Positions 17,483-27,433 of a stretch of DNA of 64,000 nucleotides are shown piece by piece. The notes under the pieces are model-generated. The model saw only the letters and a list, made by a program, of their open reading frames with translations. It ran no database searches and was not told where the DNA came from. The first letter of the stretch is position 1. Each line of letters begins with the position of its first letter. Position numbers and translations under genes: made by a program. Where the stretch lies: assembly GCA_958296055.1 (NCBI GenBank), contig CATQHS010000001.1, forward strand, positions 579,808 to 643,807, in the 5' to 3' direction. This DNA is from an uncultured Acidimicrobiales bacterium (GTDB lineage Bacteria > Actinomycetota > Acidimicrobiia > Acidimicrobiales > Aldehydirespiratoraceae).

Positions 17483-18339
17483 GAGTCCCTCCAGCGGGCC
17501 AGCCGGTCTCGGTAGGTGTCGTGGGACTCGAGTTCGAGCCACTCGGCCCGGAACCGGTCCCAGGCGTCTAGGTCGCGGGCCGTGGCCGCGTAAGCGCGTT
17601 GGAAGGCCTCGTCCCGGCCGTAGTCGGGCGGGCACTCGGTGAAGTGGGCCCCTTCGGGGGCTTCGACCACGCCGTCGACGTGAAGGCGGGGTATGCGCAG
17701 GGTGTGCACCGGCCCCTCCTCTAGCAGGCTCTCGGTGGGGATGATCCGCTCGCAGGACATGAAGGTGCGCTCGGCGGCCATGGCGAACAGGTCGTCGAAG
17801 TACAGGTCCGGCCCCAGGAACTGGCCGTTGCCCCGGGCGTCGGCCCGGTTCATGTGAACGAGCGAGACGTCGATGTCGAAGGCGGGCACGGCCACCAGCT
17901 CCTCGCCGTCGTCGTAGGGGCTCCTCACCGTCCTGAGGCCGGGATTGCAGGCCAGCATGTCCGACCCGAGCCCGGCCCGGGTCGGATAGAACGGCAGGCG
18001 GTGGGAGGCGGCCAGCAGACCCAGGTAGAAAGCGCCCTCGTCCAACTCGAGCGTCTCGACGGCGCCGGTCTGGCGGGCGATCCTGAAGTGGGGCTCCAAC
18101 GGGATCGAGTCGAGGGACACGAACCCGTAGCTGACCTTGCGAACCCTGCCGGCCGCGCAGAGCAGACCCACGTCGGGCCCGCCGTAGGAGACCAAGTGCA
18201 GGTCGTCCGCCCCGCGGCGCAGGACGGCCCGCACCAAGGACATGGGCTTGCGGCGAGACCCCCAGCCGCCGATGCCCACCGTCATCCCGCTGGCGATCTC
18301 CTCGGCAACCTCGTCCTCGGTCATCACCTTGTCGGCCAC
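17479..18339 (-). CDS. CoA-transferase subunit alpha (IpdA-like arrangement)
   Basis: 286-aa ORF with family I CoA-transferase features: SGMTVGIGGWGSRRKP, then VHMNRADARGNGQF. Confidence 0.75.
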   Translation of the reverse strand: MADKVMTEDEVAEEIASGMTVGIGGWGSRRKPMSLVRAVLRRGADDLHLVSYGGPDVGLLCAAGRVRKVSYGFVSLDSIPLEPHFRIARQTGAVETLELDEGAFYLGLLAASHRLPFYPTRAGLGSDMLACNPGLRTVRSPYDDGEELVAVPAFDIDVSLVHMNRADARGNGQFLGPDLYFDDLFAMAAERTFMSCERIIPTESLLEEGPVHTLRIPRLHVDGVVEAPEGAHFTECPPDYGRDEAFQRAYAATARDLDAWDRFRAEWLELESHDTYRDRLARWRDS

Positions 18340-18467
18340 GGCCCAATCGTACGCCCTGGGCGGGCCGCGCTAAGCACCGTCCGGCAGCCGACGACGGGCG
18401 GGCCGCCGACGCCGGCCGGTATGGGGCTGCGCTAGCTTCGGTCGGCAGCCGAATCAGGGAGCCGCGG

Positions 18468-19304
18468 GTGCGGGCCTATCCATTCGACATGACCGGGCGC
18501 ACCGTGATCGTCACCGGCGGCACCGCCGGCCTGGGCCGGGCGACAGCCGAGACCTTCCTCGACCACGGCGCCGAAGTGGTGGTGTGCGCCCGCCGGACCC
18601 CGGCCCAGCCGGTGACCGCATCGGGCCGAACCGCCCGTTTCGTGGCCGCCGACGTCCGCGACCCCGAGCAGGTCGCCCAGGTGGCGGCCGCGGCGGTGGA
18701 GGCGACCGGGCGCATCGACGTACTGGTCAACAACGCCGGCGGCGCCCCTCCGGCCGACTCGGCCACGGCATCGCCCCGCTTCAACGAGAAGGTCGTGGCC
18801 CTGAACCTGCTGGCCCCGCTCGCCTTCGCCCAGGCCGTGCAGCCGGTGATGGCCGCCCAGGACGGCGGCGGCGTGATCGTCAATATCTCGTCGCTGTCGG
18901 GGACCCGGCCCAACCCCGCCGGCGCGGCTTACGGCGCGGCCAAGGCCGGGCTGGCCAACCTCACCCAGACCCTGGCCCACGAGTGGGGGCCGGCCATTCG
19001 GGTGGTCGCGGTGACGGTGGGTTTCGTCCGCACTGAGCAGGCCCACCTGTACTACGGCGACGATGCCGGCATCGCCGCGGTGGGCCGCACCCTGGCCCTG
19101 GGCCGGCTGGCCGAGGTGGCCGAGGTGGCCAACGTGGTGCTGTTCTTGGCCTCGCCGCTGGCCTCCTACGTCACCGGCGCCACCATCGCCGTACACGGCG
19201 GCGGCGAGAAACCGCCCTACCTGGCCGCCTCCACCGGCGCCGTTACCGGGATCGCCCGCCGCCCCGGGCCCGGCCCCGCCGACCCCGGACCCGGCGATGG
19301 GTAG
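18468..19304 (+). CDS. SDR family oxidoreductase
   Basis: Motifs TGGTAGLG, NNAG and YGAAK. RBS AGGGAG lies 5 nt before GTG 18468. Confidence 0.8.
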   Translation: MRAYPFDMTGRTVIVTGGTAGLGRATAETFLDHGAEVVVCARRTPAQPVTASGRTARFVAADVRDPEQVAQVAAAAVEATGRIDVLVNNAGGAPPADSATASPRFNEKVVALNLLAPLAFAQAVQPVMAAQDGGGVIVNISSLSGTRPNPAGAAYGAAKAGLANLTQTLAHEWGPAIRVVAVTVGFVRTEQAHLYYGDDAGIAAVGRTLALGRLAEVAEVANVVLFLASPLASYVTGATIAVHGGGEKPPYLAASTGAVTGIARRPGPGPADPGPGDG

Positions 19305-19746
19305 CCGCGTCGTCTGGTTCCTGGGGGCCGCTGTCGCTGTCGCGGCCGGCGCCTGGCTCCTGGGCGCGGCCGGGCCGGCGGACGCGGCTTCGGCGGCCCC
19401 GGCCGGGCCTCTCTATCACCACCCCGATCACGACGACTTGGGCGACGTCACCTTCGTCCCCAAGTCGGCGGTGACCGAGACGCCCGAGACCGGCCCGGCC
19501 GACCCGGCCTCGGGCGGAGACCTCCCGCCCGGCGCGGGGCGGATCATCGGGTCGCCCGACCCCGGGCCCGAACCCCAGCACTCGGGTGACCGGGGCGGCT
19601 GGCGCCAGCTCGCCCTCATGGGCGCGCTGACCGCGGCCGTGGCCGTCATCATGGGCCGAGTCCTGCTGGCCGCCCGCAACCAGCAGGATCAGACCGGGGC
19701 CGATCGGCCTCAGCCGACGGGAGCGGCCACCGGCGCCGAGAACTGA
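19297..19746 (+). CDS. hypothetical secreted/membrane-anchored protein
   Basis: ATG 19297 overlaps the end of the SDR gene. It has a signal-like N-terminus (WFLGAAVAVAAGAWLLGAAGPADA) and a C-terminal TM (LALMGALTAAVAVIMG). No recognisable domain. Confidence 0.35.
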   Translation: MGSRVVWFLGAAVAVAAGAWLLGAAGPADAASAAPAGPLYHHPDHDDLGDVTFVPKSAVTETPETGPADPASGGDLPPGAGRIIGSPDPGPEPQHSGDRGGWRQLALMGALTAAVAVIMGRVLLAARNQQDQTGADRPQPTGAATGAEN

Positions 19747-19772
19747 CCCGCGTAGGGGCCGGGGCCGGAACC

Positions 19773-20783
19773 TCAGCGTGGCGCGGGGGCGGCCACCAGC
19801 ACCGGGTGATGGCAGGCGGCGAAGTGATCGCCGTCGCCCACTCGGGCCATGGACGGCTCCGTCTGGCGGCACAGCTCGGTGGCCCGGGGGCAGCGGGTGT
19901 GGAACCGGCACCCCTCTGGGGGGTTCACCGGCGAGGGCAGCTCGCCGCCGATGTCGCCCTCGGACACGTCCACCGTGGCCGCCGGGTCGGGGATGGAGGC
20001 CAGCAGGGCCCGGGTGTAGGGGTGGACCGGCCGCTCGTACAGCTCGTCGGCGGCCCCGATCTCGCACACCTTGCCCAGGTACATGACCACGATCCGGTCG
20101 CTCACGTTCTTCACCACCGCCAGGTCGTGGGAGATGAACAGCACGGTCAGGCCGTACCGGCACTTCATGTCCTGCAGCAGGTTCAGGATCTGGGCCTGGA
20201 TCGACACGTCCAGGGCCGACACCGGCTCGTCACAGATCAGCACCTCGGGGTCCAGGGCCAGGGCCCGGGCGATGCCGATGCGCTGGCACTGCCCGCCCGA
20301 GAACTGGTGGGGGTAGCGGCCGCCGAAGCGGGGGTCCACCCCCACCGCCGCCATCAGCTCGTCGATGCGGTCCCGGCTCCACGTTCCCCGGTCGTCGCCC
20401 CAGACGGCCAGGCCCTCGCCGATCACGTCCCGCACCCGGCGGCGGGGGTTGAGCGAGGAGATCGGGTCCTGGAAGATCATCTGGAGGTTGGGGCGGACCC
20501 GGCGCAGGGCCTCGCCCTCCAGCTCGGCCAGGTTCTGGCCCCGGTAGACCACCCGGCCCGAGCGGATCGGGTTGAGGCGGATGATGGACCGGGCCACGGT
20601 CGATTTCCCGCACCCGGACTCGCCCACGATGCCCAGGGTCTCCCCCTCGGCGACGTCGAAGCTCACCGACGAGACGGCGTGTACCACCTGTTTGCGGCCC
20701 GCCGGGAACTCCGCCACCAGATCCTCCACCCGAAGCAGCGCCTCGGCCCCGTCGCGGAGTTGGGCCCGCCCCGAGCCGGCCAT
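19773..20783 (-). CDS. oligopeptide/dipeptide ABC transporter ATP-binding protein (OppF/DppF-like)
   Basis: Motifs GESGCGKST and FSGGQCQRIGIARAL. A C-terminal Cys-rich oligopeptide-ABC extension is present. The ATG at 20783 overlaps the upstream TGA (ATGA). Confidence 0.85.
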   Translation of the reverse strand: MAGSGRAQLRDGAEALLRVEDLVAEFPAGRKQVVHAVSSVSFDVAEGETLGIVGESGCGKSTVARSIIRLNPIRSGRVVYRGQNLAELEGEALRRVRPNLQMIFQDPISSLNPRRRVRDVIGEGLAVWGDDRGTWSRDRIDELMAAVGVDPRFGGRYPHQFSGGQCQRIGIARALALDPEVLICDEPVSALDVSIQAQILNLLQDMKCRYGLTVLFISHDLAVVKNVSDRIVVMYLGKVCEIGAADELYERPVHPYTRALLASIPDPAATVDVSEGDIGGELPSPVNPPEGCRFHTRCPRATELCRQTEPSMARVGDGDHFAACHHPVLVAAPAPR

Positions 20784-21952
20784 CAGCGGATCTCCTCGCG
20801 GGTCTCGGTCATGGACAGGCCCGCGGCGTTGCGGCCCGCGGCCTGGTTGGCCGCCAGCGCGGCCCGGCCCCGCTCGGTGCCCGCCGGGTGGTTGCAGGAG
20901 AAGCGGTGCAGCCCCTCCAGCCCGGCGAACTCGGGCACGGCCTCCAGGCAGTCCCTTTGGGCGTAGCGGCAGCGGTCGGCGAAGCTGCACCGCCGGGGCG
21001 GGTCGATGAGGTCGGGGGGACGGCCGCCTATGGGGTCGAGGCGGTGGCCGCTGGGGTCGTCGATGCGGGGGATGGACCGCAGCAGGGCCTCGGTGTAGGG
21101 ATGGCGCATGTCGGCGAACAGCGAGACGGTGTCGGCCAGCTCCACTATGCGGCCGGCGTACATGACGGCCACGTCGTCGGTGCGGCCCTTGGCCACCCCC
21201 AAGTCGTGGGTGATGAGGATCATGGCCATCTCCCGCTCGGCCCGCAGCCGGTCCAGCAGGTCCAGCAGGTGCTTCTGCACGGTCACGTCCACCGCGGTGG
21301 TGGGCTCGTCGGCGATGAGCAGCCGGGGCCGGCAGGCCAGGGCCATGGCGATCACCACCCGCTGGCGGAGCCCGCCCGACAGCTCGTGGGGGTACTGGCC
21401 CACCCGCCGGGCTGGCTCGGGGATGCCGACCTGGCCCAGCAGGTCGGCGGCCTCGGCCAGGGCCTCGCCCCGGCTTTGGCCAAGGTGGTACCGCAGCGCC
21501 TCCGCGATCTGCTCGCCCACCTTCTTCACCGGGTTGAGCGACGTCATGGGGTCTTGGAACACCATGGTCATCTCGACGCCCCAGAAGTGCTTGGCGCCGG
21601 CCGCGGCCAGGGCCCGCACGTCCCGGCCCTCATAGAGCACGTCCCCGTCCACCCGGGCGGTGCGGGGCAGGAGGTTCATCAGCGTGCGGGCGGTGACCGA
21701 CTTGCCCGACCCCGACTCCCCCACGATGCCCAGAGCCTGGCCGGGCCACAGGTCGAAGCTCACCCCGTCGACGGCGCGCACGGCGCCCGCGGGCGTGGGG
21801 AAGCGGACCCGCAGGTCGTGGACCTCCAGCAGCGGCCGGTCGCCCCGGCCCGCGCCCTCGCGGCCACGATCGGCCCGACTAGCGCCCTCGCGGTACCGGT
21901 CGCCCCGGCTCGCGCCCTCACGGATCTGGGCGTCCATTAAACGGTCGTTCAT
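20783..21952 (-). CDS. oligopeptide/dipeptide ABC transporter ATP-binding protein (OppD/DppD-like)
   Basis: Motifs GESGSGKSV and LSGGLRQRVVIAMAL. The N-terminus carries 3 tandem decapeptides (REGASRGDRY / REGASRADRG / REGAGRGDRP) encoded by a 30-bp x3 repeat at 21841-21930. Confidence 0.85.
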   Translation of the reverse strand: MNDRLMDAQIREGASRGDRYREGASRADRGREGAGRGDRPLLEVHDLRVRFPTPAGAVRAVDGVSFDLWPGQALGIVGESGSGKSVTARTLMNLLPRTARVDGDVLYEGRDVRALAAAGAKHFWGVEMTMVFQDPMTSLNPVKKVGEQIAEALRYHLGQSRGEALAEAADLLGQVGIPEPARRVGQYPHELSGGLRQRVVIAMALACRPRLLIADEPTTAVDVTVQKHLLDLLDRLRAEREMAMILITHDLGVAKGRTDDVAVMYAGRIVELADTVSLFADMRHPYTEALLRSIPRIDDPSGHRLDPIGGRPPDLIDPPRRCSFADRCRYAQRDCLEAVPEFAGLEGLHRFSCNHPAGTERGRAALAANQAAGRNAAGLSMTETREEIR

Positions 21953-22899
21953 TAAAAGGCCAGCTCTCGCACGTCGTAGTACTCCCGGATGCGGTCGCCC
22001 ACCAGGTTGAGGGCCAGAACGGTGAGGAACATGGCGGTGATCGGGAACATGGCCACGTGGGGGGCCTGCTGGAGGTCGCGGAGCTGGGCGCCGTCCACGA
22101 TCATCTTGCCCCACGAGATGGCGTCGTCGCCCGCCACCGAGAGCCCCAGGAAGGCCAGCGCCCCCTCGGCCACCACGGTCACGGCCATGCCCAGCAGGGT
22201 CAGGGCCCCCATGGGGATCAGCACGTTGGGCAGCAGTTCTCGCACGATGATGCGGCCGCGGCGGGCCCCCAGCACCCGGGCCGCGGCCACGAACTCCCGC
22301 TCGGCGTACACCAGGGTGGTGGCCCGGGCCAGCCGTCCCACCGGGGCGATGGCCAGGATGCCCAGGGTGAGGCTCACCACCAGCAGGGTCCGGTCCAGCG
22401 TGGCAGTGATCAAGATGGCCAGCACCAGGGCCGGGAACGACAACAGCACGAAGAAGACGAAGCCGATCACATGGTCGAGGCGGCCTCTGAAGAAGCCGGC
22501 CAGGATGCCCAGCCCGCCCCCGAAGACCATCCCGAACCCGATGGCGAAGCCCCCCACCGCCAGGCTGATCCGGGCCCCGTAGACAGTGCGGGAGAACACG
22601 TCCCGGCCCAGCGAGTCGGTGCCGAAGAACCAGTCTCTAGACGGCGGGAGCCGGGGCCCGCCCACTCCCACATCGGTGGGATCGGTGAGGGGCAGGACCG
22701 GGGCCAGCAGGGAGGCGGCCACGATAGCCACCACCCAGCTTGCGGCCAGCCAGAAGCCGAGGCCGAGCCGGCGCGGCTTCACCTCGTCGAGGCCGTCGGC
22801 ACCGCCCCGAGATGAGCGCCGCTTCACCCCACTGGCACCCGAGGGTTGATTGGCAGGCTTCACGCCGCCCGCGCCGAGGGGTTGATTGGCGGGCTTCAC
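21952..22899 (-). CDS. ABC transporter permease (OppC/DppC-like)
   Basis: BPD-transporter core (LVYAEREFVAAARVLGARRGRII). The start is ambiguous among three repeated GTGAAGC copies. I chose GTG 22899, which overlaps the OppB TGA. Confidence 0.75.
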   Translation of the reverse strand: MKPANQPLGAGGVKPANQPSGASGVKRRSSRGGADGLDEVKPRRLGLGFWLAASWVVAIVAASLLAPVLPLTDPTDVGVGGPRLPPSRDWFFGTDSLGRDVFSRTVYGARISLAVGGFAIGFGMVFGGGLGILAGFFRGRLDHVIGFVFFVLLSFPALVLAILITATLDRTLLVVSLTLGILAIAPVGRLARATTLVYAEREFVAAARVLGARRGRIIVRELLPNVLIPMGALTLLGMAVTVVAEGALAFLGLSVAGDDAISWGKMIVDGAQLRDLQQAPHVAMFPITAMFLTVLALNLVGDRIREYYDVRELAF

Positions 22900-23897
22900 G
22901 CCGCCCGCACCCGGGGGTCGAGCCACGAGTAGAGCAGGTCCACCAAGAAGTTGACCACGACGAAGCCGACCGCGATCACCACCACCGCGGCCAGCACCAC
23001 CGGGAAGTCGTCGCGGATAACGGCGGTAACGATCTCCCGGCCGATCCCGGGGATGCCGAAGATCTGCTCCACCACCAGCGAGCCCCCGATGAGGGTGCCG
23101 GTGTTGAGGCCGAACACGGTCACCATTGAGAACATGGAGGGCCGCAAGGCGTGGCGGAACATGATCCGGACCGGGGTGAGGCCCTTGGCCCGGGCCATGT
23201 GGACGAAGTCCTCTTGGAGGGTGGTGATGAGATCGGTGCGCAGCAGCCGCTGGTAGGCGGCCGCCAGCGGCAGCCCCAGCGTGACCGCGGGCAAAACCAA
23301 CGACCAGAGCCGGGGCAGCAGGCCGGCGTCGTCGAAGGCGGAGGGGAAAATGTTCCAGCGCAGGGTGAACAGGTACAGCAGCACCACGCCCATGGCGAAG
23401 ACCGGCACCGACAGCAGCCCGAAGGACCCGATGGTGGAGGCTCGGTCGAAGGAGCGGTTGGCCCGGTAGGCCGAGGCCACCCCCCAGGGAATGGAGACCC
23501 CCAGCGCCACCGCTTGGGCCATGGCCATCAGCAGCAGCGACTTGGGGAACTTCTCCCGGAGCACCTCGCCCACCGGCTGGTTGTTCTGGAACGAGGTGCC
23601 GAAGTCGCCCCGGATCAGGTCGGAGAGCCACAGGAAGTAGCGGGGGGCCAGGGGCCGGTCGAGGTGGTACTCGGCCCGGGCCTGGGCCACGATCTCGCAG
23701 TCGCCGGAGGGGTTGAGCGAAGTGGACTGGTCCTCGGCCACCCCGGCGTAGACCTCGGTGCAGTCCTTCTCGGCTAGGGCGCCGACGACGTTGACCAGGG
23801 GGTCGCCCAGCACGTTCAGGGCGGCGAAGGCCAGGAAGGTGACGGCCAGAAGGACCAGCACCAGCGTCACGGCCCGCCGGGCGACGAACCCGATCAC
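22896..23897 (-). CDS. ABC transporter permease (OppB/DppB-like)
   Basis: 333-aa ORF. The N-terminus ([23 protein letters not shown]) is typical of the family. GTG start. Confidence 0.85.
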   Translation of the reverse strand: MIGFVARRAVTLVLVLLAVTFLAFAALNVLGDPLVNVVGALAEKDCTEVYAGVAEDQSTSLNPSGDCEIVAQARAEYHLDRPLAPRYFLWLSDLIRGDFGTSFQNNQPVGEVLREKFPKSLLLMAMAQAVALGVSIPWGVASAYRANRSFDRASTIGSFGLLSVPVFAMGVVLLYLFTLRWNIFPSAFDDAGLLPRLWSLVLPAVTLGLPLAAAYQRLLRTDLITTLQEDFVHMARAKGLTPVRIMFRHALRPSMFSMVTVFGLNTGTLIGGSLVVEQIFGIPGIGREIVTAVIRDDFPVVLAAVVVIAVGFVVVNFLVDLLYSWLDPRVRAA

Positions 23898-24024
23898 GGC
23901 GCAGCCCAGCGGGGCCGAACGGACCCGGTCACGGAACGGCGCGGCGGGGCCGAACGAACCCGGTCACGAGACAGCCCGGTGCCGGGCGACGAGCCCGGTC
24001 ACGGAACGGCGGCGGGCGGGGTCA
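23886..24024. repeat. 32-36 bp tandem repeat x4 filling the OppA-OppB intergenic region
   Basis: Units start at about 23886, 23917, 23952 and 23988. Each contains CCCG[G/A]TCAC, which is GTGAYCGGG on the coding strand. This matches the OppB start and OppA stop context. Confidence 0.75.
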
Positions 24025-25839
24025 CTCCTGGCTCAGCCAGATGCCCTGCAGCCAGATCCGGCCCTGGTTGTTGCAGAACAGCTCGGCGCCGTCGGGGCTC
24101 CTTTGGCCGCAGATGCCCCGGATGTTGTCGCGGGCGCCGACGGTCCAGTTGGTGTAGTTGAAGAAGATGTAGGTGTAGGAGTCCCGCATGTTCTGCTGGA
24201 TCTGATGCCAGATCTCCACCCGCCGGTCGAGGTCGGTGATGGCCCGCTGTTCGTACATGAGCGCGTCTCGCTCCGGGTCGCAGTCGCGGGGCCAGTTGAT
24301 GGAGATGAAGCCGACGGAGGCGCACTCGAGCCACACGGTGTCGAAGTCGGGGTCGGGCTCGCCGAACTGGCGCCAGGTGACCACGTTGTACTGGCCGATG
24401 GCCACCTGGACTATGTGGTCGTCTTGGAGCAGCTCCTGCTCGGTGACGTTGAAGTAGTCCTCCCAACTGTCGATCAGCAGGTCGGCGATGCGGGTCTGGA
24501 TCACCGAGGGCCCCGAGTACTGGAGCTCCATGTTGATCTTGCCGTCGGTGCAGTTGTCGGGGAAGTCGCCGCAGTAGGCGTCCACCAGCGGACCGGCCCG
24601 GTCGGGCTGGCTGGTCTCCTGCACGACGTCGGGGTTGTGCCAGATCAGGTCGGGGTGGAACATGGTGTCGGCGGGCGGGGACGTGCCCTGGCGGATGAGC
24701 GAGAGGTAGGCGTCCCGGTTGGTGGCGAAGGTGATGGCCTGGCGGGCCCGGATGTCGTCGAAGGGAGGCGCCTGGGTGTTCAGCATGGCGAAGTCCTCGC
24801 TGGAGCGGAGGTTCTCTATGGTCCTCGCCCCGTCGGCCTCTCTCAGGGTCAAGATGGCCTCGGAGCTGCTGGTGATCATCACGTCGATATCGCCGGCGAT
24901 CAGGCGCTCAGCCCCCACGACCGAGTCGGTTATCGGGTAGATCTCGATGCGGTCGAGGTAGACGTCGACGAGGTCGGCGGCCCAATAGTTCGGGTTCTTG
25001 ACCAGCACCGTCACCTCGTCCTGGATCCGGCTCTCGATCATGTAGGGCCCGGTGCCGACCGGCATCTGGTCGATGCTGGGGTCCTCGGCCCGGCGGGCCA
25101 GCCACTCCGAGGGGACCACCTGGCCGAGCTGGCTGGTGACCATCCGGGGGAAGGCGCCGTAGGGCCGGATGGGGCTGTACTGCACGGTGTAGTCGTCGAT
25201 CTTGGTGATGGCGTCCTCCTTGAGCACCCCATCGACCGAGTAGGCGGGGCGGACGGCCAGCCCCACGATCGGGCTGGCAAGCTGGGCCTGGAAGGTGGCC
25301 ACCAGGTCGTCGGCGTCGAGCTCGGTGCCGTCGTGGAAGAGGATCCCCTCCCGCAGCTTGAGCTGCCAAGACGATCCGTCGCCGATCTTGGTGAACGACT
25401 CGGCCAGGTGCGGGATCCAGTTGCCGTTGACGTCCCAGTAGGCGACGGGCTCGATGACCGGGTAAGTGGCTACGTAGGCCGAGACCGCGAAGTTGTTGGC
25501 GGTGGGGTTCAGGCCGTCGGACTCGGCCTCCACCGCCACCCGCAGGGTGCCTCCGAACTGGGGTTCCTCTTCGACCGTTACCTCCTCGGTTTCGGGCGGC
25601 ACCGTGTCGGTGGGCGCGGTCAGATCGCCGGGGGCCTCCTCCTCTTCCTCGGCGGGGGCGGTCTCGGTGGCCGGCTCGGGTTCGGGGGTGGCTTCGGCCT
25701 CCCCCCCAACGGTGGCCTGGCCGCCGCCGGCGTCGGGGGCGGTTTCGCCGTCGTCGCCTCCGCCGCATGCCGCGGCCAGGAGCCCAAGTGCGACCAGAAT
25801 GGCGAGCCCGGCCCGGCTCGCGCGGTGAGATCGGATCAT
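24022..25839 (-). CDS. ABC transporter substrate-binding lipoprotein (family 5, peptide/nickel)
   Basis: 605-aa ORF with a lipobox (LLAAAC). It heads the 5-gene opp/dpp-like operon. Confidence 0.85.
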   Translation of the reverse strand: MIRSHRASRAGLAILVALGLLAAACGGGDDGETAPDAGGGQATVGGEAEATPEPEPATETAPAEEEEEAPGDLTAPTDTVPPETEEVTVEEEPQFGGTLRVAVEAESDGLNPTANNFAVSAYVATYPVIEPVAYWDVNGNWIPHLAESFTKIGDGSSWQLKLREGILFHDGTELDADDLVATFQAQLASPIVGLAVRPAYSVDGVLKEDAITKIDDYTVQYSPIRPYGAFPRMVTSQLGQVVPSEWLARRAEDPSIDQMPVGTGPYMIESRIQDEVTVLVKNPNYWAADLVDVYLDRIEIYPITDSVVGAERLIAGDIDVMITSSSEAILTLREADGARTIENLRSSEDFAMLNTQAPPFDDIRARQAITFATNRDAYLSLIRQGTSPPADTMFHPDLIWHNPDVVQETSQPDRAGPLVDAYCGDFPDNCTDGKINMELQYSGPSVIQTRIADLLIDSWEDYFNVTEQELLQDDHIVQVAIGQYNVVTWRQFGEPDPDFDTVWLECASVGFISINWPRDCDPERDALMYEQRAITDLDRRVEIWHQIQQNMRDSYTYIFFNYTNWTVGARDNIRGICGQRSPDGAELFCNNQGRIWLQGIWLSQE

Positions 25840-25942
25840 CGAAATGCCCTCCAGGGTGAGATTCCGGGGAGCGAGGCGCCAGGGCCCGAAAAAGGGCCGC
25901 GCCGCCGCCGCTCACCGGTCTTGGTTCTACCACTTTGGCCGC

Positions 25943-26007
25943 TGGAAACGCCATCCGCCAGTTTCCGAGCCATTTCCTCGACAGCATCTTCGTGGCATAG
26001 TTATGGC
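25943..26007 (+). promoter_or_regulatory. candidate operator/promoter of the mazEF-like pair
   Basis: Inverted repeat GGAAAC-N11-GTTTCC (25945-25967). A CATAGT hexamer (25996-26001) lies 6 nt before ATG 26008, so the transcript may be leaderless. Confidence 0.25.
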
Positions 26008-26244
26008 ATGGCCAGAGTGAGGATAAGCACCACGGTGTACGAGGACCTGCTGACCGAGGTGCGGGCGGTGCGCCCGGGCGTGAGAGACGCAGCCCTGATG
26101 GACGAAGCGCTCCGGGCCCTCTTGTCGGCCCACCGCAATGCCGAGATCGACGCGGCCTACGCCGCCTATGACGAGCACCCTCTGGACGAGCCCGACGAGT
26201 GGGGCGACCTGGCCTCCTTTCGCGAGGCGGCCGCCAAATCGTGA
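26008..26244 (+). CDS. type II antitoxin (ribbon-helix-helix-like), partner of the MazF-like toxin
   Basis: 78 aa ([20 protein letters not shown]...). Its stop overlaps the toxin GTG (GTGA). Confidence 0.7.
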   Translation: MARVRISTTVYEDLLTEVRAVRPGVRDAALMDEALRALLSAHRNAEIDAAYAAYDEHPLDEPDEWGDLASFREAAAKS

Positions 26245-26570
26245 CCTCGCCGCCGGCTCGGGGGGAAGTGTGGTGGTGCGAGCTGGCCGACGCGGGGAGT
26301 CGTCCCGTGGTGGTCCTCAGCCGGGATGCCGCCATCGGTCGGCTCGGACGGACGATGGTGGCGCCCTGCACCACCACCATCCGCCGGCTTCCCAGCGAGG
26401 TGGTGCTCGAGCCCGGGGCGGACCCCGTGCCGAGGCTGTCGGCGGTGAACTTGGACTCAATCGAGAGCGTGTCGGTCAGCGTTCTGGTGGAGCGCCTCGG
26501 TCGGCTCGACTCCCAGCGGATGGGCCAGATCTGCCATGCCCTGGCCGTCGCCGCCGACTGTCTCGGCTGA
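26241..26570 (+). CDS. mazF: PemK/MazF family endoribonuclease toxin
   Basis: Family pattern RGEVWWCEL...RPVVVLSRD...[17 protein letters not shown]...VNLDSIESV. Confidence 0.8.
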   Translation: MTSPPARGEVWWCELADAGSRPVVVLSRDAAIGRLGRTMVAPCTTTIRRLPSEVVLEPGADPVPRLSAVNLDSIESVSVSVLVERLGRLDSQRMGQICHALAVAADCLG

Positions 26571-26630
26571 GCAACCGGGCTGAGCGGCCCGGCTGAGCAG
26601 GCTCGGCGGAGGCGAACGGCGGGGCGAGGG

Positions 26631-27359
26631 TCAGGGGTGCTGGCTGCTGACCGACACCACCTCGCCGGTCATGTAGCCGGACAGGTCGCTGGCCAAGAAC
26701 ACCATCACGTTGGCCACCTCCCAGGGCTGGGCCGCCCGCCCGAAAGGCTCCAGGGCGGCCAGCTCGTCCAGCTTGCCGGGGTCCATCACCCGGTCCAGGA
26801 ACGGGTGGCGGGCCAGGCTGGGGGCCACGCAGTTGACCCGGATGCCGTGCTCGGCCGCCTCTGCGGCCGCGACGCGGGTGAGGGCCATCACCCCGGCCTT
26901 GGCCGCGGCGTAGTGAGCTTGCTCGGGCTGGGCCCGCCAGCCCAGCACCGAGGCGTTGTTGACGATGGCCCCTCCGGTTCCCTGGTCGATGAGCAATCGG
27001 AGGGCGGCCCGGGTGCAGCGCATGGTCCCCCCCAGGGTGACGCCGACCACGGCCGACCACTGCTCGTCGGTCATGTCCACCAGCCGGACCGAGCCTCCCA
27101 TCCCGGCGTTGTTGACCATCACGTCGAGGCCGCCCAACTCGGAGACGGCCGCGGCCATCAGCCCCTGCACCTGGCTCTCGGCAGTCACGTCGCACAAAGC
27201 GACAGCGGGGCGCGACCCGGTCTCGGCCTCAAGCCGGTCGGCGGTGGCCTGCAGCCGGGGCTCGTGGATGTCGGAGATCAGCACCCGGGCCCCCTCCAGC
27301 AGGGCCCGCCGGGCGACGGCCGAGCCGATGCCGGCACCGGCCGCGGCGGTGACCACCAC
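26631..27359 (-). CDS. SDR family oxidoreductase
   Basis: Motifs AAAGAGIG, NNAG and YAAAK. The start is uncertain. GTG 27359 is the conservative choice. An in-frame CTG at 27437 would overlap the upstream TGA (CTGA). Confidence 0.75.
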   Translation of the reverse strand: MVVTAAAGAGIGSAVARRALLEGARVLISDIHEPRLQATADRLEAETGSRPAVALCDVTAESQVQGLMAAAVSELGGLDVMVNNAGMGGSVRLVDMTDEQWSAVVGVTLGGTMRCTRAALRLLIDQGTGGAIVNNASVLGWRAQPEQAHYAAAKAGVMALTRVAAAEAAEHGIRVNCVAPSLARHPFLDRVMDPGKLDELAALEPFGRAAQPWEVANVMVFLASDLSGYMTGEVVSVSSQHP

Positions 27360-27433
27360 CCTGCGCCCCTCCAGCAGCCCTCGCCCCGGCGGCTCAGCGG
27401 GCCCATGAGGCTCAGCAGGGCGGGCCAGTTCGG

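Noticed and set aside
16682-18346. Single 554-aa protein as listed in the track
   Set aside because: Its N-terminal half overlaps the well-formed CoA-transferase alpha ORF (17479-18339) in another frame and looks like junk. Only the C-terminal 266 aa, from GTG 17482, look like a CoA-transferase beta subunit.
23758-26244. 828-aa plus-strand ORF
   Set aside because: All but the last 78 codons are antisense to the substrate-binding lipoprotein gene and have junk-like composition. Only the 3' end (26008-26244) is a real gene, the antitoxin.
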